Shown: piece after piece, positions 23,427 to 37,445 of the stretch
How positions within the stretch are numbered: position 1 is the stretch's first letter
Layout of the letters: every line of letters begins with the position of its first letter
Origin: Chrysomallon squamiferum
Lineage: Eukaryota; Animalia; Mollusca
Assembly (NCBI GenBank): GCA_012295275.1
Contig: CM022665.1
Location: 39,556,001 to 39,620,000 of the forward strand
DNA: 64,000 nt
Direction: 5' to 3'
Position numbers and translations under genes: made by a program
Notes under the pieces: model-generated
Database searches by the model: none
The model's input: only the letters and a program-made list of their open reading frames with translations
Told to the model about the DNA's origin: nothing

Positions 23427-25578
23427 CATCTGTCAATATGGTATCTAAGGAAACAGTAAATAAATCTAAATTAAAAAAACATTAAAAAATAAATAAATAA
23501 ATGAGCAAACTAACAAAACAAAAGAAAACAAATAGCCAAAAAAACCACAACAAATCTCAAGCATCAAGTTGCCTAGCCCACCTTAGACATTTTGAATTTT
23601 TCATCTCATTAATTCCTAATGATTAGCTACATTGTTACATAAGAAATATAATCTCCACTTATTTTTAAGCATACAGAGAGCTTTACAGATATATTTTCCT
23701 TTTGTAACTCATAAATATTTGAGATGGCTTTTAGAAAAAGGTTTAGATGTAAAGTAAACTAATAGGTAGTCTTTTTTTATTTTTTTATTTTTTTTTCTGT
23801 AATGCTTCCATGGTGGTAAATTTATAAATATATATAATATATATAATATATATATATATTTGATTTTAAGGGATTCTTGGATATTGTAATTTTATGGATA
23901 AAAGTGTGCTCATAACTGGGACTGTTTGAATGGAGTTTGTACAGTAACAAAAAATGTTAACAGTTTTTAAAAATAAATATCAGCATTATACTGAAGTGTA
24001 AATCTTCTCACACAGATCAAATATCATCTGCTGAATATCAGATAAGTCTGTGATATAAAAAAAAAGAGTGTAACATGCAATTAGTGTGCATGACATCAGT
24101 AATACAAACAATGTGCATAATTCAATATTAATAATAACAATATTAACACAGTGCTAGGAAAGGGTATATAGGCTTCTTATTCTGTAACTTGCAAGAGTTC
24201 ATAATAGTTTGAAATTAAGTAACTGCATAAATAATGTATGCAGCAACAGGGTCACATGTTTGTAATGGTTATCTCATGCTATAGGCATGTTAAATAATGT
24301 AGCTTTGACTGTTAGTGATAATTAAGTATGTATGTGCCATATTATAAATTACTACAGAATTTAACATAGGTCCTTAATATTCAAATTCGTTCAATATTAC
24401 TGAGGTTTATAATTTGTTTACATATGCATCATAAACATACAATATATATACTAAGATAAATTATTTATACACATTGTAAGATATCTATATATCTGTATAT
24501 ATATACACAGTTTATACAGTTAATAATAAACTGTGGCAAATAAAGTTACTTCTGTCTGCAATATACTAAAATTATTTTGTTAATATTAAAATACTAATTT
24601 AGTGACACTATATCAGTGTATATTACCAATATATTACATTTTTAAAGGTGAGAGTGAAATATTATTTTTTTTTTAAAGAAAAAGAGATGGTTTTTGGTGT
24701 TTTTTTTTAAATCCAGTGAACTAAAACACTTTATATCTGAGAAATTATTTTTTTAAAAATCACATAATTAAAGACATGAATATTGTCTGTTACTGGCCAA
24801 AAAAGTAAAGTTGCTATCTGTAGCAGTTTCTGTGTAAGGCCAAAATCAAAGTCATATCTATTGATATAACTTAATTACCTATGAATGTGTGTAATATTAA
24901 ACATTGTTTACTTTGTATTCAAGTGATGTAAATGTATCATGAAGCAACTTACTGGATGTATAATACAGCATTGTTAGCAAGTTACAAGGTTAAAAAAAAA
25001 CATCATCATACGTATCAACTGCCTATCACTTACTGCATTGGAATATACCAGGGTATATTTACTGAATATGGCAGTAAATATTATTGTCATTTTCATTTTA
25101 AAATTATGTGGCAACTAGTTGTATTTGCCTTTATTTTTACCCCATTAAAATATCAGTTGAGTGCAATATTAATAGAATGCTGTGATATGCTGTGTATTGT
25201 TGAAAACTTTCAACATTGGTAATTGTTTTCTAGGAATTAACAATAATAATAACAAAAAATATACTTGTTAAAATTCATGTTTGGATGGGTATTATTGTGT
25301 TTATATGTGTGTATACGTTTAAGTATAACACAGCTGTTATGAATGTGTGGGTTTTTTTTATGTTTCATATTATTTTCATATTAATTACATATTAAAGTGT
25401 ATAGTAACATTTTATTTACTATGTACTGAATTCAGTTTTGAATACAACTTTAATTTTTATTCTCATTTATAGAACTGATTTTCATAATTTCTTTTCATGA
25501 TTTATTTAAGTTAGCTTTTTAAAATTACATTTAATATGGTACTGTGCAGGGACAAAAGCATTCAAATTTTTAATTAAT

Positions 25579-25614
<36 letters not shown>

Positions 25615-28600
25615 CATATTTTATTGTTCACAAGTTTTATTTGTTATGTATTGTACCTGTTATTATTTATAAATCCATGTTGAAATTATCACACTTTAGC
25701 AGCTTCATATGGAATAATAATTTTTTTTTTTTTTTTTTTACATCATGAATCTTCTCTATATTATTATTTTATAATTTGTTACTAATTGCACATATTTATT
25801 GCAGCTGATAAGGATCACATGAGAACTAGAAAGCAGGAGGCACATCACAAAGCATCGTCATTCTTACAAATCCTTGAAAATTATGGAATTTTAAAGTAAA
25901 AAATTCAGGCTTGGGTTGTCCTTAAACATTTCACATAAATCTTTGCTGTTGCTGATAAAAGCTTAAACGTCATAATTAATTTTAAAAGTTAATATAATAT
26001 TGTGATGGTTGTAATAGCTGTTAACCATTCCACTGTATAATTAAAAATAGCTCCTGACAAAATTGGCAAAATCAACAAGATTAGTTAATTACACTGGTGC
26101 CCCACAGATGACAACACATTCTGGGCTGATACAGGGTTTGAGAGTCTCTGGATGGGGTTTCTGCTTTTAGTAGCATAAAGGTTTTTTTTTTTAAAGCCAT
26201 GAGGTGAATCTGATTTCTAGTTTGCACAGATAAAATTTTGAATGGAAATATCCACTTATTGTGAAAAAAAAAAAGTAGTTATGATTATAGTACAATACAT
26301 TAATGCTTGATAAAAAATACTAATATTGTTGTTTTTTTACTTCAGTATTTCTGTTTTGTCATGTAAATATTTATGAGTTTAATGTTAATGAAAAGTTGAT
26401 TATCTTCTTCACTAAATCAGAAATAAAATTTAGAAATTATTCTGTAGAGGTAGGGATGACAGCTATAACTGTTTTTGGTTTATTTTTGTAACCTAATCAA
26501 GATACAAAATAAATATACAAATGAAAAAAAAAGTTTTTTTTAGATTGTTACAGCATCTTGATTTTAAAATTTGTATTTATTTATTATTATTATTTTTTTA
26601 ATAATTTAATGAAAGTTCAAGATTACAAATTTAAAAAGATGTTTATGATTGTTGCTGCGTCTGGCTCTCATGTGATGTTATTTACACTGAAATATTACCC
26701 ATTCTGTTGCACATTGTTTAGTTGTCTTCTTTGATTTTTGTGTGTATCTGACTCTGTGATAATATCTAACAAAATATACATGTATAACTGTTCATTTGTT
26801 TGACTTTTTATTTAGAATTGATATTTTGGGAATGCTGCACTGAGGTAATTATAATTGGTCATGGTGGGTTAGTCCAAAGTTGTTCACCTTTTTATTTTAC
26901 AATCCTATTTAAACTTGTTATTGTAATGATTATTTTATTGTTATATATTCCCTGGTTTCTGCTCAGCTCAAGTATTTTAAGTTCTTGTAGAAACTGAGAA
27001 AATCCATCTACAAATCTCTGAGAATTTTTCTCTGCCTGATGCTTTTAAGCACTATGCTATAGTTAATAGATGAACAACTTTTTAAATATATATATTTTTT
27101 TATTATTTTTTTTTTGACCAAGGAAGATTTAATTATGCATCCTGTTTATGGCCAATTGAAAAAAAAAAAAAAAAAAAAAAAAAAAGATTCATAGTAACAG
27201 CAAACTCTAAAAAGACTGAGCCGATGAGCAAGCCACTCTCAGAATGCATTATATTAGCAGTCATTTATTTTGTTCAATCATATCCTTTATGCCACAATCA
27301 CATTACCTATCAGGCTCTGTATGAAGAGTACTGAATGGCAGATTTAAAAAATTTCAAAAATTTCAACAAATAGGAGCTATCACATGGGATAACCAACTGA
27401 AGCATTGTGCAGATAAGTAGATTTAATCTATGCAAAAATCTTCTGCAGAACTGCCAACTAAACCAAAAAGAAGAGGAACAAGATAATAATAACAACAACA
27501 AATTCACTGCTGGTATAAATAAATAAAAAGAAAAACAAAAGAAGAAATAATAAAAAATAACAATATGCTTCATCTAGATTTTAAAAAATATTTATATAAA
27601 TAAATTTCATGTCTTGTATAAATTACAATGAAAACAATAAATTCACAAACAAAATTATTTAATATGAATACTGATATGGTCCGACAGCAAATACTTAAAT
27701 AAAACAGTTTCATAAATATAATAGTTAATATATAAAAATTAATATATGTAAACTTTTTTGTGTAAAACAAGTGTGCAATACTTTAAAAAAAAAGAAATAA
27801 TACTGAATTTAAAATAAGTGCATTAATTTAATGAAAATAGCGCAGAACTGAAAAGATTTAGATTTATGAAAACAGCAATTTAGTGAAATATAAAATTCTT
27901 GAAAACTTGTTTCATTCCAAAAAAAAAGAAAAAAAAAAAAAGAACGATAAATATTAAAACAATTTTTTTTTCAAAAGTTCATGAAAATTGATAATGATTT
28001 CCAGAAAATTCTGTATTGTTATGCTGAGCTGTGTAAATAATCTTTAACATCACTTGATGGAAAGAACAAAATGTTTAAGAAAGTGTTAAAAAGAAAATTA
28101 AAAATTAAAAAATAATGCTGTTTATCATTATATATATAATATATAATGGTTATATTTTAAAAAACACACAAACACTCACATGAAATAATTTGGTTAACAT
28201 AAATATAACAACAAGGTTAATTCCATTAAGAAAATGAGCATCTTAACATAACGTGAAAAAAAAAAATGAAAAAAAAAGTAACATAAAATAAATAATAAAT
28301 TAGAAATAATACTACCAGTCATAAGCTCTAACAATTAAAGCTAGGTCAACGTCATTACGACTTTAATTTAAATTTATATCACAGTTTTAAACAACATTTG
28401 ATGTTGAAATATCAGATTTATAGTTTTTAACAACATAGAAATTAATGTACTCTTTTTTCATAAAATAAAACAGTGAAATGCACTTCTGCTCTTTAACAGC
28501 ATGCTTCTATAGGCAAAAGTTTGGGTTGTGAGATAGACAGGCTGAATTTTTAAAAAACAAAATCGGACGCTCTATTTCTGGACAGCATACTGGGTTATGA

Positions 28601-29728
28601 TAATGCATTTCCTTGAAAATTGTGCGTGAACATTTCTGGAGTTACCAAGTTTTGCCCAAGTTATTGATGGGCCCAGATAACCTTAGCTTAAATAGAATTT
28701 TGTTCACGCTAGATATTGTTCATATTTGAGGTTTGTGAAGAAAATATTCAATGATTAAACATTAAAACTGTTGTCAAATTCTACAAATTCTACCTGTATA
28801 AACTCTATTTTTGGTTCAGTTCTGAGTTCTTATAATTTATTTTAGCAGTCCAAAAAAACCAAAAAAAAACAAAAAAAAAACCCCAAACAAATAAAAACAA
28901 AAAATAACTAAAATCAAATAAAATAAATCAAAATCAAATTTAAATAAACAAACAAAAAAGTTTATTAATGTTTTAAATAATTAGGAGAAATTAAAATGAT
29001 TGTAATCGAAATTTTAACTGCACATTTAAGCAGAATAAAGAAATAAGACAGTATCAGATTAAAAATCATCCAGTATACCAAACAGTATCAAATAAAAGAT
29101 GTTTAAAGCATTCATGGCAAAACAACCAACCAAACAAACAAAACAAAAGAAATAAAATAAAATAAATCAATGGAAATAAAAATTTGGAATTCTTAGGCTA
29201 TATTATATTACTCTTAAAAGATGTTACAAACTTTTCTGATTTTCATCTTTTTTTTTTTTCATTTATAAGATTAGTTGATATTTATTACTTATTTACTTAT
29301 ATTTGGATTTAAAAAATGTATAAAACAGTTGTGAACATTTGTACAGTGTTTAACATGCATCTTATTATAAAAAAAAAATTAAAAAAAAAAAAGAAACAAC
29401 CCCACACAAAACGCTAAACACCAATAAAACAATACCACCGCCCCAAAAAGAAGAAGAAAAAATATAATAATAATAATAATAATAAAGATAAAATAAATAA
29501 AAAATAAATAGAAATAAAAAAGGGAAAATAGATAAAAATAATAAGAAAAATAAAGAGGAAACAAAATTAAATGAAAGAATAAATAAATAAATAAATAATA
29601 ATAATAATGAAACAATATAATAAAATTAAAAATAATGTTTTACACTTCTTTTTCACAATATTCACACATTGACTCTGATTTCAATTCAACACTGGAATTA
29701 TGTTTTAGGTTTTGTTAAAATGTTTTCA

Positions 29729-29842
29729 TCATGCCTGGAACGCACTGTTGAAGAAAAGCCCATACTGACGCCCCATTTTAGCTATTGTGCTGTTCATAGG
29801 ATGTTGAAATGTCTTTTCATATGAGCCTGGACCTGGAACTTT
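29729..29842 (-). CDS. STPG4: STPG4 exon 8 (KVPGPGSYEK...KMGRQYGLFFNSAFQA*)
   Basis: tatag acceptor, TGA stop at 29731-29729. Confidence 0.9.
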   Translation of the reverse strand, partial: KVPGPGSYEKTFQHPMNSTIAKMGRQYGLFFNSAFQA

Positions 29843-32211
29843 CTATAGATTAAATAAAAAATTTAATAAAATTAATGAATTAATTTTATTATTATTATTT
29901 GAATTTTTAAAAAATATTTATTTATTTGTATGTTTATTTATACTTTATACACACATACACACTCATTTATTTATATATTTTACTTATTTATTTTATTTTA
30001 TTTATATTTATTTTAATTAATTTTATTTATATATTGTTTAACTGACTAATAAATTATTATTATTATTGGTGTTTTTGTTGCTGCTGTTATTATTTTTATT
30101 GCTGCTGTTCTTATTATTATGACGGATATTATTATTATTATTACTATTATTATTATTATTAATATTATTATTATAGTTGTTGTTGTTATTGTTATTGTTA
30201 TTATTATGTAAAAGATACATACTGTATGTGATGATGTAAATCGTGGTGTTCTAGAACGGAAACTGGATGAGATGCTTGTTGAGGGTGTTTTGTAATCTTC
30301 ATAATTTCCTGGACCAGGTCCCTCCTTCTACAATCACAGTGTTTGAAAATAAACTATAATTATTCTACATTAAAAATATGTAACAAAAAAAAAAAAATAC
30401 AAATTTAGAAGACGAAAAAAAAAAAAAAAAAAAAAGTATGAACAGTTTGCAAATTTATCCACAGAAATGTTCCTTTCTTCACTTACATTAAAAAGCAATA
30501 ACAAAAAAAAAGAAGAAAATTAAAATAAAATAAAAAATCATAAAAACAATAATAATAATACTAAAACAAACAAAAAAACCATTAACAAGGTAAGCAGAAG
30601 GAATGTTTTTTTCATTTTTTTTCATTTCTTTTGAAGCCAATTTAAGATACAAAATATAATGCAAACAATTTGGCTGCATCAGTATTTATTTCAATAATTA
30701 ATTTTCTTTTTAATCTTATTTAAATTTGTTTTTGTTTTTGTAAAAAAAATTGTTGATACACATCATACAATGATATAATTATAATGAATATAAAAATTTT
30801 GCATCGAGGTAAACAAATAAATAATTACAAAAAGGAAAATAGGACAATCCTAAATTTCAGAACAGGATGAAAGTCTCCATTATTGCGATGGATATATATA
30901 CATGTATTTTTGAGTATTGAAAAAAAAAGAAAAAAAAAAAGAAGAATTTTAATAATTATTTAACTTCTGGTAGCACTAAAATGGAAGGTACTTAAGAAAT
31001 ATTAGTCATATTTATACAGTATAGTGGCTGGAACAGATTTCTTTAAATTATCATAATTATACAAACAGACACTCACACATGCACTCCTACTAAATAAAAA
31101 TTAATTCAGTATTTATTTTCTAAATCATTGTTTGTTCTTGTTGTGTCTTTGATGTTAAATATTTCTACTTTTTTTTTTTAAAGATTTTTTGGTGATGGAG
31201 AGAGGTAGGAAATTAGATATGGGATCAATATAAACAACAAAAATAAATGATTAATAATCAAAATACATTTTAGATAGAAGCATGTACTTACTGGTTTGAA
31301 GTATATTGTTGGAAAACGTTTTGATTGTGATTTGAACATGTAGTGCCTGTAAAACAGATGAAAAACTGTATAAGACATTTTCTGTAGGAATCATATGTAA
31401 CTGCTGACACAGAGACTGAGAAAGAGAAAGAGAGAAAATCAGAGACTAAGAAAGACAGAGATAGAGAGAAAATGAGTGAGAGATACAAAGAAAGAACAAG
31501 AGAGACAGAAAGACAGGAAGGGAGGGAGAGAGAGACAAAGAAAGAGAGGGAAGAGAACAAGTATATATATAAATGTACACACAGAAACAGAGTGAGACAT
31601 ATATATATATATATATATATATGCAGAGATAGAGATACAGAAAGACCTAGATAGATAGATAGCTAGAGAAAGAGAGGGGGGGAAGGTAGACACTTAAATT
31701 ACTTACTTTGATGGAGCTTTGTCTACAGCCATTGATAAATAGCGTTCAATTTTATATGCATTAGGAGAAACATTAATTGTCTGAAAATACATTAAATTAA
31801 TCAAATTATTGGTATGTCTAAAAACAGAGTAACATTAGCATATTTTTAAACTTTACAAAACTTTAGGTTAAGCTGAGTTGAAATATTAATAGATTAATGT
31901 TGTTGTTTTCATTATAATTTTCTGCTGATGGCAGATGAGAAGAATTGGAATAATTAATAGTACTGCTATAACTACTACTAATACTACTGCCGTTGTTACT
32001 ACTACTGATAATTGCAATGATAACAACAATACTATATCTTCTACTACTACTACTATGACCACAACAATAATAACAACAACAGTAATAATTACGTTGATGA
32101 CGATGACATTATTATCATTCCTACAACAATTATTACTACTGCTACTACTGATAACGACAACAATAATACAAATTTTAAAAAGGGACAAACAACAAAGAAG
32201 GAGAAGAAGAA

Positions 32212-32250
<39 letters not shown>

Positions 32251-32779
32251 TTAATAAATTTCATTTCTACCTTGTCGGGTTTTCCATAATACTGGACTTC
32301 TGCTGCGTCTCTGGACACGGCACGAAAACTGTAAGTTGCGGGTTTCCTCTCAGTTCTAGAAATAAACGTGGAGGTTTGTTAGTAATAAATAAATAAATAA
32401 ATAAAAATAAAATAATGAAGTAAAATAAATTAATAAACAAGGAAAACATAATATTAAGTAAACGAATGAAGAAATTAATGGAGGCAGAGAGACGTACACT
32501 TAAATTTAATCATTTAAACAAGAACACTAAAGAACTCTTAAAGTAAATGTATTATGTACATATGTAATAAACAGTTTTTTAAAAGGCAAAAGTACACACA
32601 AAGAGGCGCGCGTGCATACGCCAAACGACAGACACACACATATATATATACGTATCGCTTTCAAACTCCCCTACCAGTTCCCGCCATCAAAAACACTCAG
32701 TTGCGGGGGGGAAAAAAAAAAAAAAACACTCAGAAACATCCTCCAAAAACAACAACATCAAAAGACAAAAAAAAAAAAA

Positions 32780-32820
<41 letters not shown>

Positions 32821-33726
32821 TAAAAATAAATAAAATAAAATAAAAAATAAAAAAGTAAACTAGTACTAACTCTCGAACGAAGTCCTTGTATCCATACGCG
32901 CCAGGTAACAATACGGAGCCGTTCGTTGTACGATCTGAGGTGTGTTTCCTTCCGTCCGACTTGAATCTGTATGTGTTAGGTTTCTCAGCCAAGTCTTGCA
33001 GAAACGACGACGTATTATAGGCACCCGGTTTGGGCGTTTCCTGAATAATAATAATAATAATAACAAATAAATAAATAGAGTTAGAAAAATAATTAAATAA
33101 AGAAAAGAAATTGTATGGGTATGTGGTATTTGGTCTTCTTAACGTTTCCATTAATACAATACTAAATTGTCACGTGTAGAAAAATTATATTTTTAATTTT
33201 TACCCTGTTAATTTTTTTCTTTTGAGAGAAAAAAAGAAAGAAAAAGAAAGAATTTATTTATTTATTTATTTATATATATTTTTTTTATTAATATGTTCTA
33301 CATACGAAATAAGACATGAAAACATAGAAAACGTTTCCATAGTCATGGACCTCTTAGAGTCTTTATTTTATGAAGTTTAACTATTACGAAAGACTGATAT
33401 CTAGCCGAAAAAAAAAAAAAAAAACTGAGAAATACACACAAAGTGTTTGACCCGTTTATTCATATAACAAATAGTATTTACACTTTAATTATCATCTGAT
33501 TTTTGCATGTTATCTCAGCACGCTCAAGTTAATCAGTTTATTTAAATAGTTGGGGCCAGTGGAGTATCATTAACGTATATCTATCACCACGAACTTGACA
33601 GAAATGTTGTTATGCGCTGCCAAGTAAAACAGATTTGTTAACGATAATTCAATACAGTCAGGCCATTATATTTTCATTACGTGTGTAATGTACGTTTGCA
33701 TGCATGTATGTATGTGTGTGTGTGTG

Positions 33727-33768
<42 letters not shown>

Positions 33769-33849
33769 TTGAGAGAGTGTGTTTGTGATTATATATTAGT
33801 ATTTGAATAGGTTAGGGTCTACCACTGCCGCCTATGGAGGTTTGTAAAC

Positions 33850-33886
<37 letters not shown>

Positions 33887-34461
33887 TAAAAATGAAAAAA
33901 CAACAGCAGAAAAAAAAAAAAAAAAAAAAACAAATCTACTGAATACTTATATATGTTTGTGAAAATAGAAAACATCGATTCTAGTTTGTGAGTGTGAACA
34001 ATTTCAAATCGCAAAAATTTATTCCGATACTCCTAGACCGGCTTTAAATATATGCACCCATACTGGTTTGATAATTGTAATGAGAATGATGATATAGTTA
34101 TTATTACAGCTATAATTATGTTGTTTAGAACTGGATAAACAGAATGTTGGCCCTATGATATTATCTTTAACGGCATCAACAGAGGAATACATACAGCATA
34201 TAACCACCACATGAAACCAGATCTGGATTACTAGATAATACAGTTACATAATCTAGAGAAATGGCACTAACGAGTTCCTGTACTAAACTGCATAATCCTA
34301 CGACAATAGAATAGGATTAATTAATCAACCATGCTTTTCCTTCCAGATCCTGCCACAGGTTTAATATACTGGAAAACAAATGTTTAGGGTGGATCCGGGA
34401 ATTGGAAAAGGGTGGGGATATGTGACTTCAGTGTGGTGTATATAAATTTCAAGGTGAAACG

Positions 34462-34539
<78 letters not shown>

Positions 34540-35021
34540 CATACACAAAAACACACACACACACACACACACAATATATATATATATATAATCGATCGGC
34601 CAAAACTGGCTCATACTGAATGGAAAGTGGTTCATGAGCAAGCATCAAGTAATGATATTAAATAAAAACTAAAATACATACAACTAACTGAGCCCTCCAC
34701 CAGGCTTCTCTCTCTGAAGCGGGCGGTTCATATTCTTCGCTCAGAGCTTTCCGCGTCTGAAAAAAAAAAAAAAACAATAGTACATTTGTAACAGGTTTTA
34801 CTCAGTCTTTTGTGGCTTTTTTGAAACAGTTTTGTATAGGGTTGCTTGATAATTGATAATTAATAGCGTGAGTGATTTGTTTGCTTGTTTGTTTGTTTGT
34901 TTATTACTTAGTTAGATTGTTTATTGCTATAATTCTTTTGTTTAATCTTTGCCTGGTTCAAAGATGGCTTGAACATACAAACAAACAAACACCGTAATTA
35001 AATAATTATGTATACCGTATA

Positions 35022-35052
<31 letters not shown>

Positions 35053-35188
35053 AACCCGGTTCATACAAACCGCTTCCAGAGATGTATATATTTACTGTAT
35101 AAATATTTTTCCACTGTCATAAATATACAGATTCCATATGGGGCGCTATATAAGTGTGTGTGGGTGTCTGTGTGTAATTTTTAATAAT

Positions 35189-35223
<35 letters not shown>

Positions 35224-36009
35224 TAACAACAATGTCGTCATTTTAATACATTCAAATAACTGGCAGAACATAAATTAAGTTTATAATATAAATCAGAATG
35301 GTTAGGTAAAACAAAAATGACGTGGCTAAATAAACGAAGCTAAAAGAGGAAAGTAATATGGGCGGGAAGTAACGACACACAGATCTTAATCTGTATATTT
35401 ACGAGAAACTATTTTCAGTTACTGTAACACGTCTGAAGTATATATATTACGTAACCTACTGACTGAGAAGAATCGATCAAAGTGACTCTTTAAAGACCAG
35501 GTAAACAAAATTATTAGAAAAATTCAGACGTGCTAAAAAAAACCTTTTTTTTATTTCGTTTTTTACATATGCATGCACAACATACATGTAAATGAAAACG
35601 CATGCATGCACACATACATTCATACATACATACTTTCATACATATATACATACATATATATATATACCTACACATACATATATACATACATAGATAATAC
35701 CTACATACATATATTCACACACACACAGGCACATATTATCGTAACTGACCCTTCAGCAGAATTACCTTTGAATTAAATTAACGCCAGTGAAACAGTTACC
35801 TAGCGTTTCGTATTACACCTGCATTATACGCGTTAATATTGTAACTATAACATAAACTCATATATTCATACCTCCCAAGGGTGTTTAAATGTTGTCAAGT
35901 ATGAGGAACTTTTCGGTGGTCTTAAGTTCACGAAAGTCGTCCGCTTCCTTGGCGGTATCGGAGACAGTTTTTTCGTTTCGACGTCTGCCGCGGCGGAAAG
36001 CACTGCCAT
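29729..36009 (-). CDS. STPG4: Sperm-tail PG-rich repeat protein 4 (STPG4/C2orf61/GSE orthologue), 8 exons, 271 aa
   Basis: Spliced product contains EREAWWR, TPKPGAY, ATYSF, RFPTIYFKPKEGPGPGNY, VPGPGSY and TIAKMGRQYGLFFN. These are colinear with remembered human STPG4 motifs (EREGWWR, TPIPGTY, RFPTTYFIPHEGPGPGHY, TIAKMGQEHSLFFN). All phases are consistent. Confidence 0.9.
30223..30327 (-). CDS. STPG4: STPG4 exon 7 (KEGPGPGNY...SFRSRTPRFTSSHT)
   Basis: PGPGxY SHIPPO-type repeat; gtag acceptor, gtatgt donor. Confidence 0.9.
31292..31346 (-). CDS. STPG4: STPG4 exon 6 (HYMFKSQSKRFPTIYFKP)
   Basis: tacag acceptor, gtaagt donor. Confidence 0.88.
31707..31780 (-). CDS. STPG4: STPG4 exon 5 (TINVSPNAYKIERYLSMAVDKAPS)
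   Basis: ttcag acceptor, gtaagt donor. Confidence 0.86.
32271..32355 (-). CDS. STPG4: STPG4 exon 4 (TERKPATYSFRAVSRD...PDK)
   Basis: ttctag acceptor, gtagaa donor. Confidence 0.86.
32871..33040 (-). CDS. STPG4: STPG4 exon 3 (ETPKPGAY...LLPGAYGYKDFVR)
   Basis: ttcag acceptor, gttagt donor. Confidence 0.88.
34464..34590. repeat. (CT)n-(CA)n-(TA)n compound microsatellite in STPG4 intron 2
   Basis: Direct observation. Confidence 0.9.
34682..34756 (-). CDS. STPG4: STPG4 exon 2 (TRKALSEEYEPPASEREAWWRAQLV)
   Basis: poly-T-cag acceptor, gtatgt donor. Confidence 0.85.
35872..36009 (-). CDS. STPG4: STPG4 exon 1 (MAVLSAAADVETKK...FKHPWE)
   Basis: ATG in a CpG-rich segment, open 46 codons, gtatga donor, phase 0; weakly conserved sequence. 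Confidence 0.72.
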
Positions 36010-36640
36010 GTTTGTATCCGGGAGCCAAACAGAGAGGGGCTCCAAACTTCTGTATTATTATTTTAATGGCTCTTACATTCTGTCTGCTTCTGACAGCGCA
36101 GGCAGTATGCGTCCCTGGTGACCGTATGTTGTATGAGTTTAGTCACGTGGTTTTTTTTTTTTTTTGACGGTCCACCACGTTTTCGAGATAAAGGTGGTTT
36201 AATGAACTGAAGCTTATGCGTACTTTATTTACGTTATTAAGTACTATTTCTGGATCACCACTAATACGGTGGTAATGAGCGATTATAATATTGTTGCCTA
36301 ATGTAAATAAAACGGTATAAAATGCAGCAATAGATTATCGCATATTTGACGTTATTGAATCGTAGATTAGTTAGCTGCATAGTGATTACGTAAACAAAAC
36401 GAACTGACGTTTGACAGAATCTGGGTTCGAGTCTCTTTAAGATTCTGTTCAGAAACAACTGTGAAATATGCTGTGTTAAAAGATCTATTTCTGTGAACAA
36501 AACTATCTTCATTTTCAGCCTTTCTACATTAAAAACCATGGTATGTGTTGTCCTGTGTATTTGTAAATACGTCTGACTGCTAATACGTTTTGACCGAGTC
36601 TAATCAGTGTCCAGAGTTATCAGTTTAGTCGTAAAGTAAA

Positions 36641-36910
36641 GAAAGAAACACGATGTATTTTATTTAACGACACACACAGTTCCCGGTTATTTGGCGTTAT
36701 ACATGTGGTTAAGAACGATATAGGTAATTAAAGATGAAACTGCTGAACCCACATGCTGTCTGCTGTTTTTTGATTAGCAGAAAGAGTTATTTTATATGAA
36801 CCTTACCATAGACATATAAACATAATTTGGTGTGTCAGTCATGGAGCACTGGTTTTAATGGGAAACAGACACTCGGACACACTGAGAAGAATTGTTCTTG
36901 CGATCTATCT
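36641..36910 (-). mobile_element. Diverged tRNA-derived SINE copy
   Basis: Shares core blocks (gattagcag...ttatat...accatagaca...cagtcatggagcactgg) with copies at about 22.1, 48.3 and 59.6 kb; simple-repeat tail (gaaagaaa...tttatttaacgac). Confidence 0.55.
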
Positions 36911-37009
36911 GTCACTGGCTAGAAAGATAGTCTTGAATGTTCACTGAATATAAATACGTTTCAAACAGTTGATTGTTTGAGGTACCATATGTATTTACAC
37001 ATCATTAAC

Positions 37010-37445
37010 AGATGAAAACTGAGAGATCAGATTTCGTTAAACACACGGTCAGAGTACGGACATTTAGGTTACTGACATCAGTTTCTATCTGATCCCAGCA
37101 CTGACTGAACTTAGGAAAGTTTGCGAAGCACCACGCATGATTTTTAGTTTAGTTGTTATAACAGTTTGCTGTGAAAACGAATATTAGGTGATCAGATTTC
37201 TTTAAAAACAGAAAGTGCGGGCATTTAGGTTATTTGTTTGAATTTCTATTTGACTCTAGCACTAAATGTATTTAAGGTAAGCGTGGAAGGCTCCACGTTT
37301 GATGTTTAGGCTTGTTTTTTTAATGGCAAATTGTGAAAACGAAAAATTCAGCGATCAGGTTTCGTTAAACACGTTAGTATACGGACTTATGAGTTATTGA
37401 TATTAATTTTCTTCTCATTCTAGCACTAACTCCATGTTTTATATT
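37010..37445. repeat. Three degenerate tandem copies of about 160 bp
   Basis: gaaaac...gatcagrtttcgttaaa...cggrcatttaggtta...agcactra recurs three times. Confidence 0.65.

Noticed and set aside
25855-25935. Possible DNA-transposon terminal fragment (aaatccttgaaaattatggaattttaaa)
   Set aside because: No partner terminus or target-site duplication could be defined.
29729-29770. Apparent frameshift at the STPG4 C-terminus
   Set aside because: Recounting gives TAT GGG CTT TTC TTC AAC, so the frame is intact (YGLFFNSAFQA*).
35889-36167. Plus-strand 92-aa ORF
   Set aside because: Antisense shadow of STPG4 exon 1 and its promoter.
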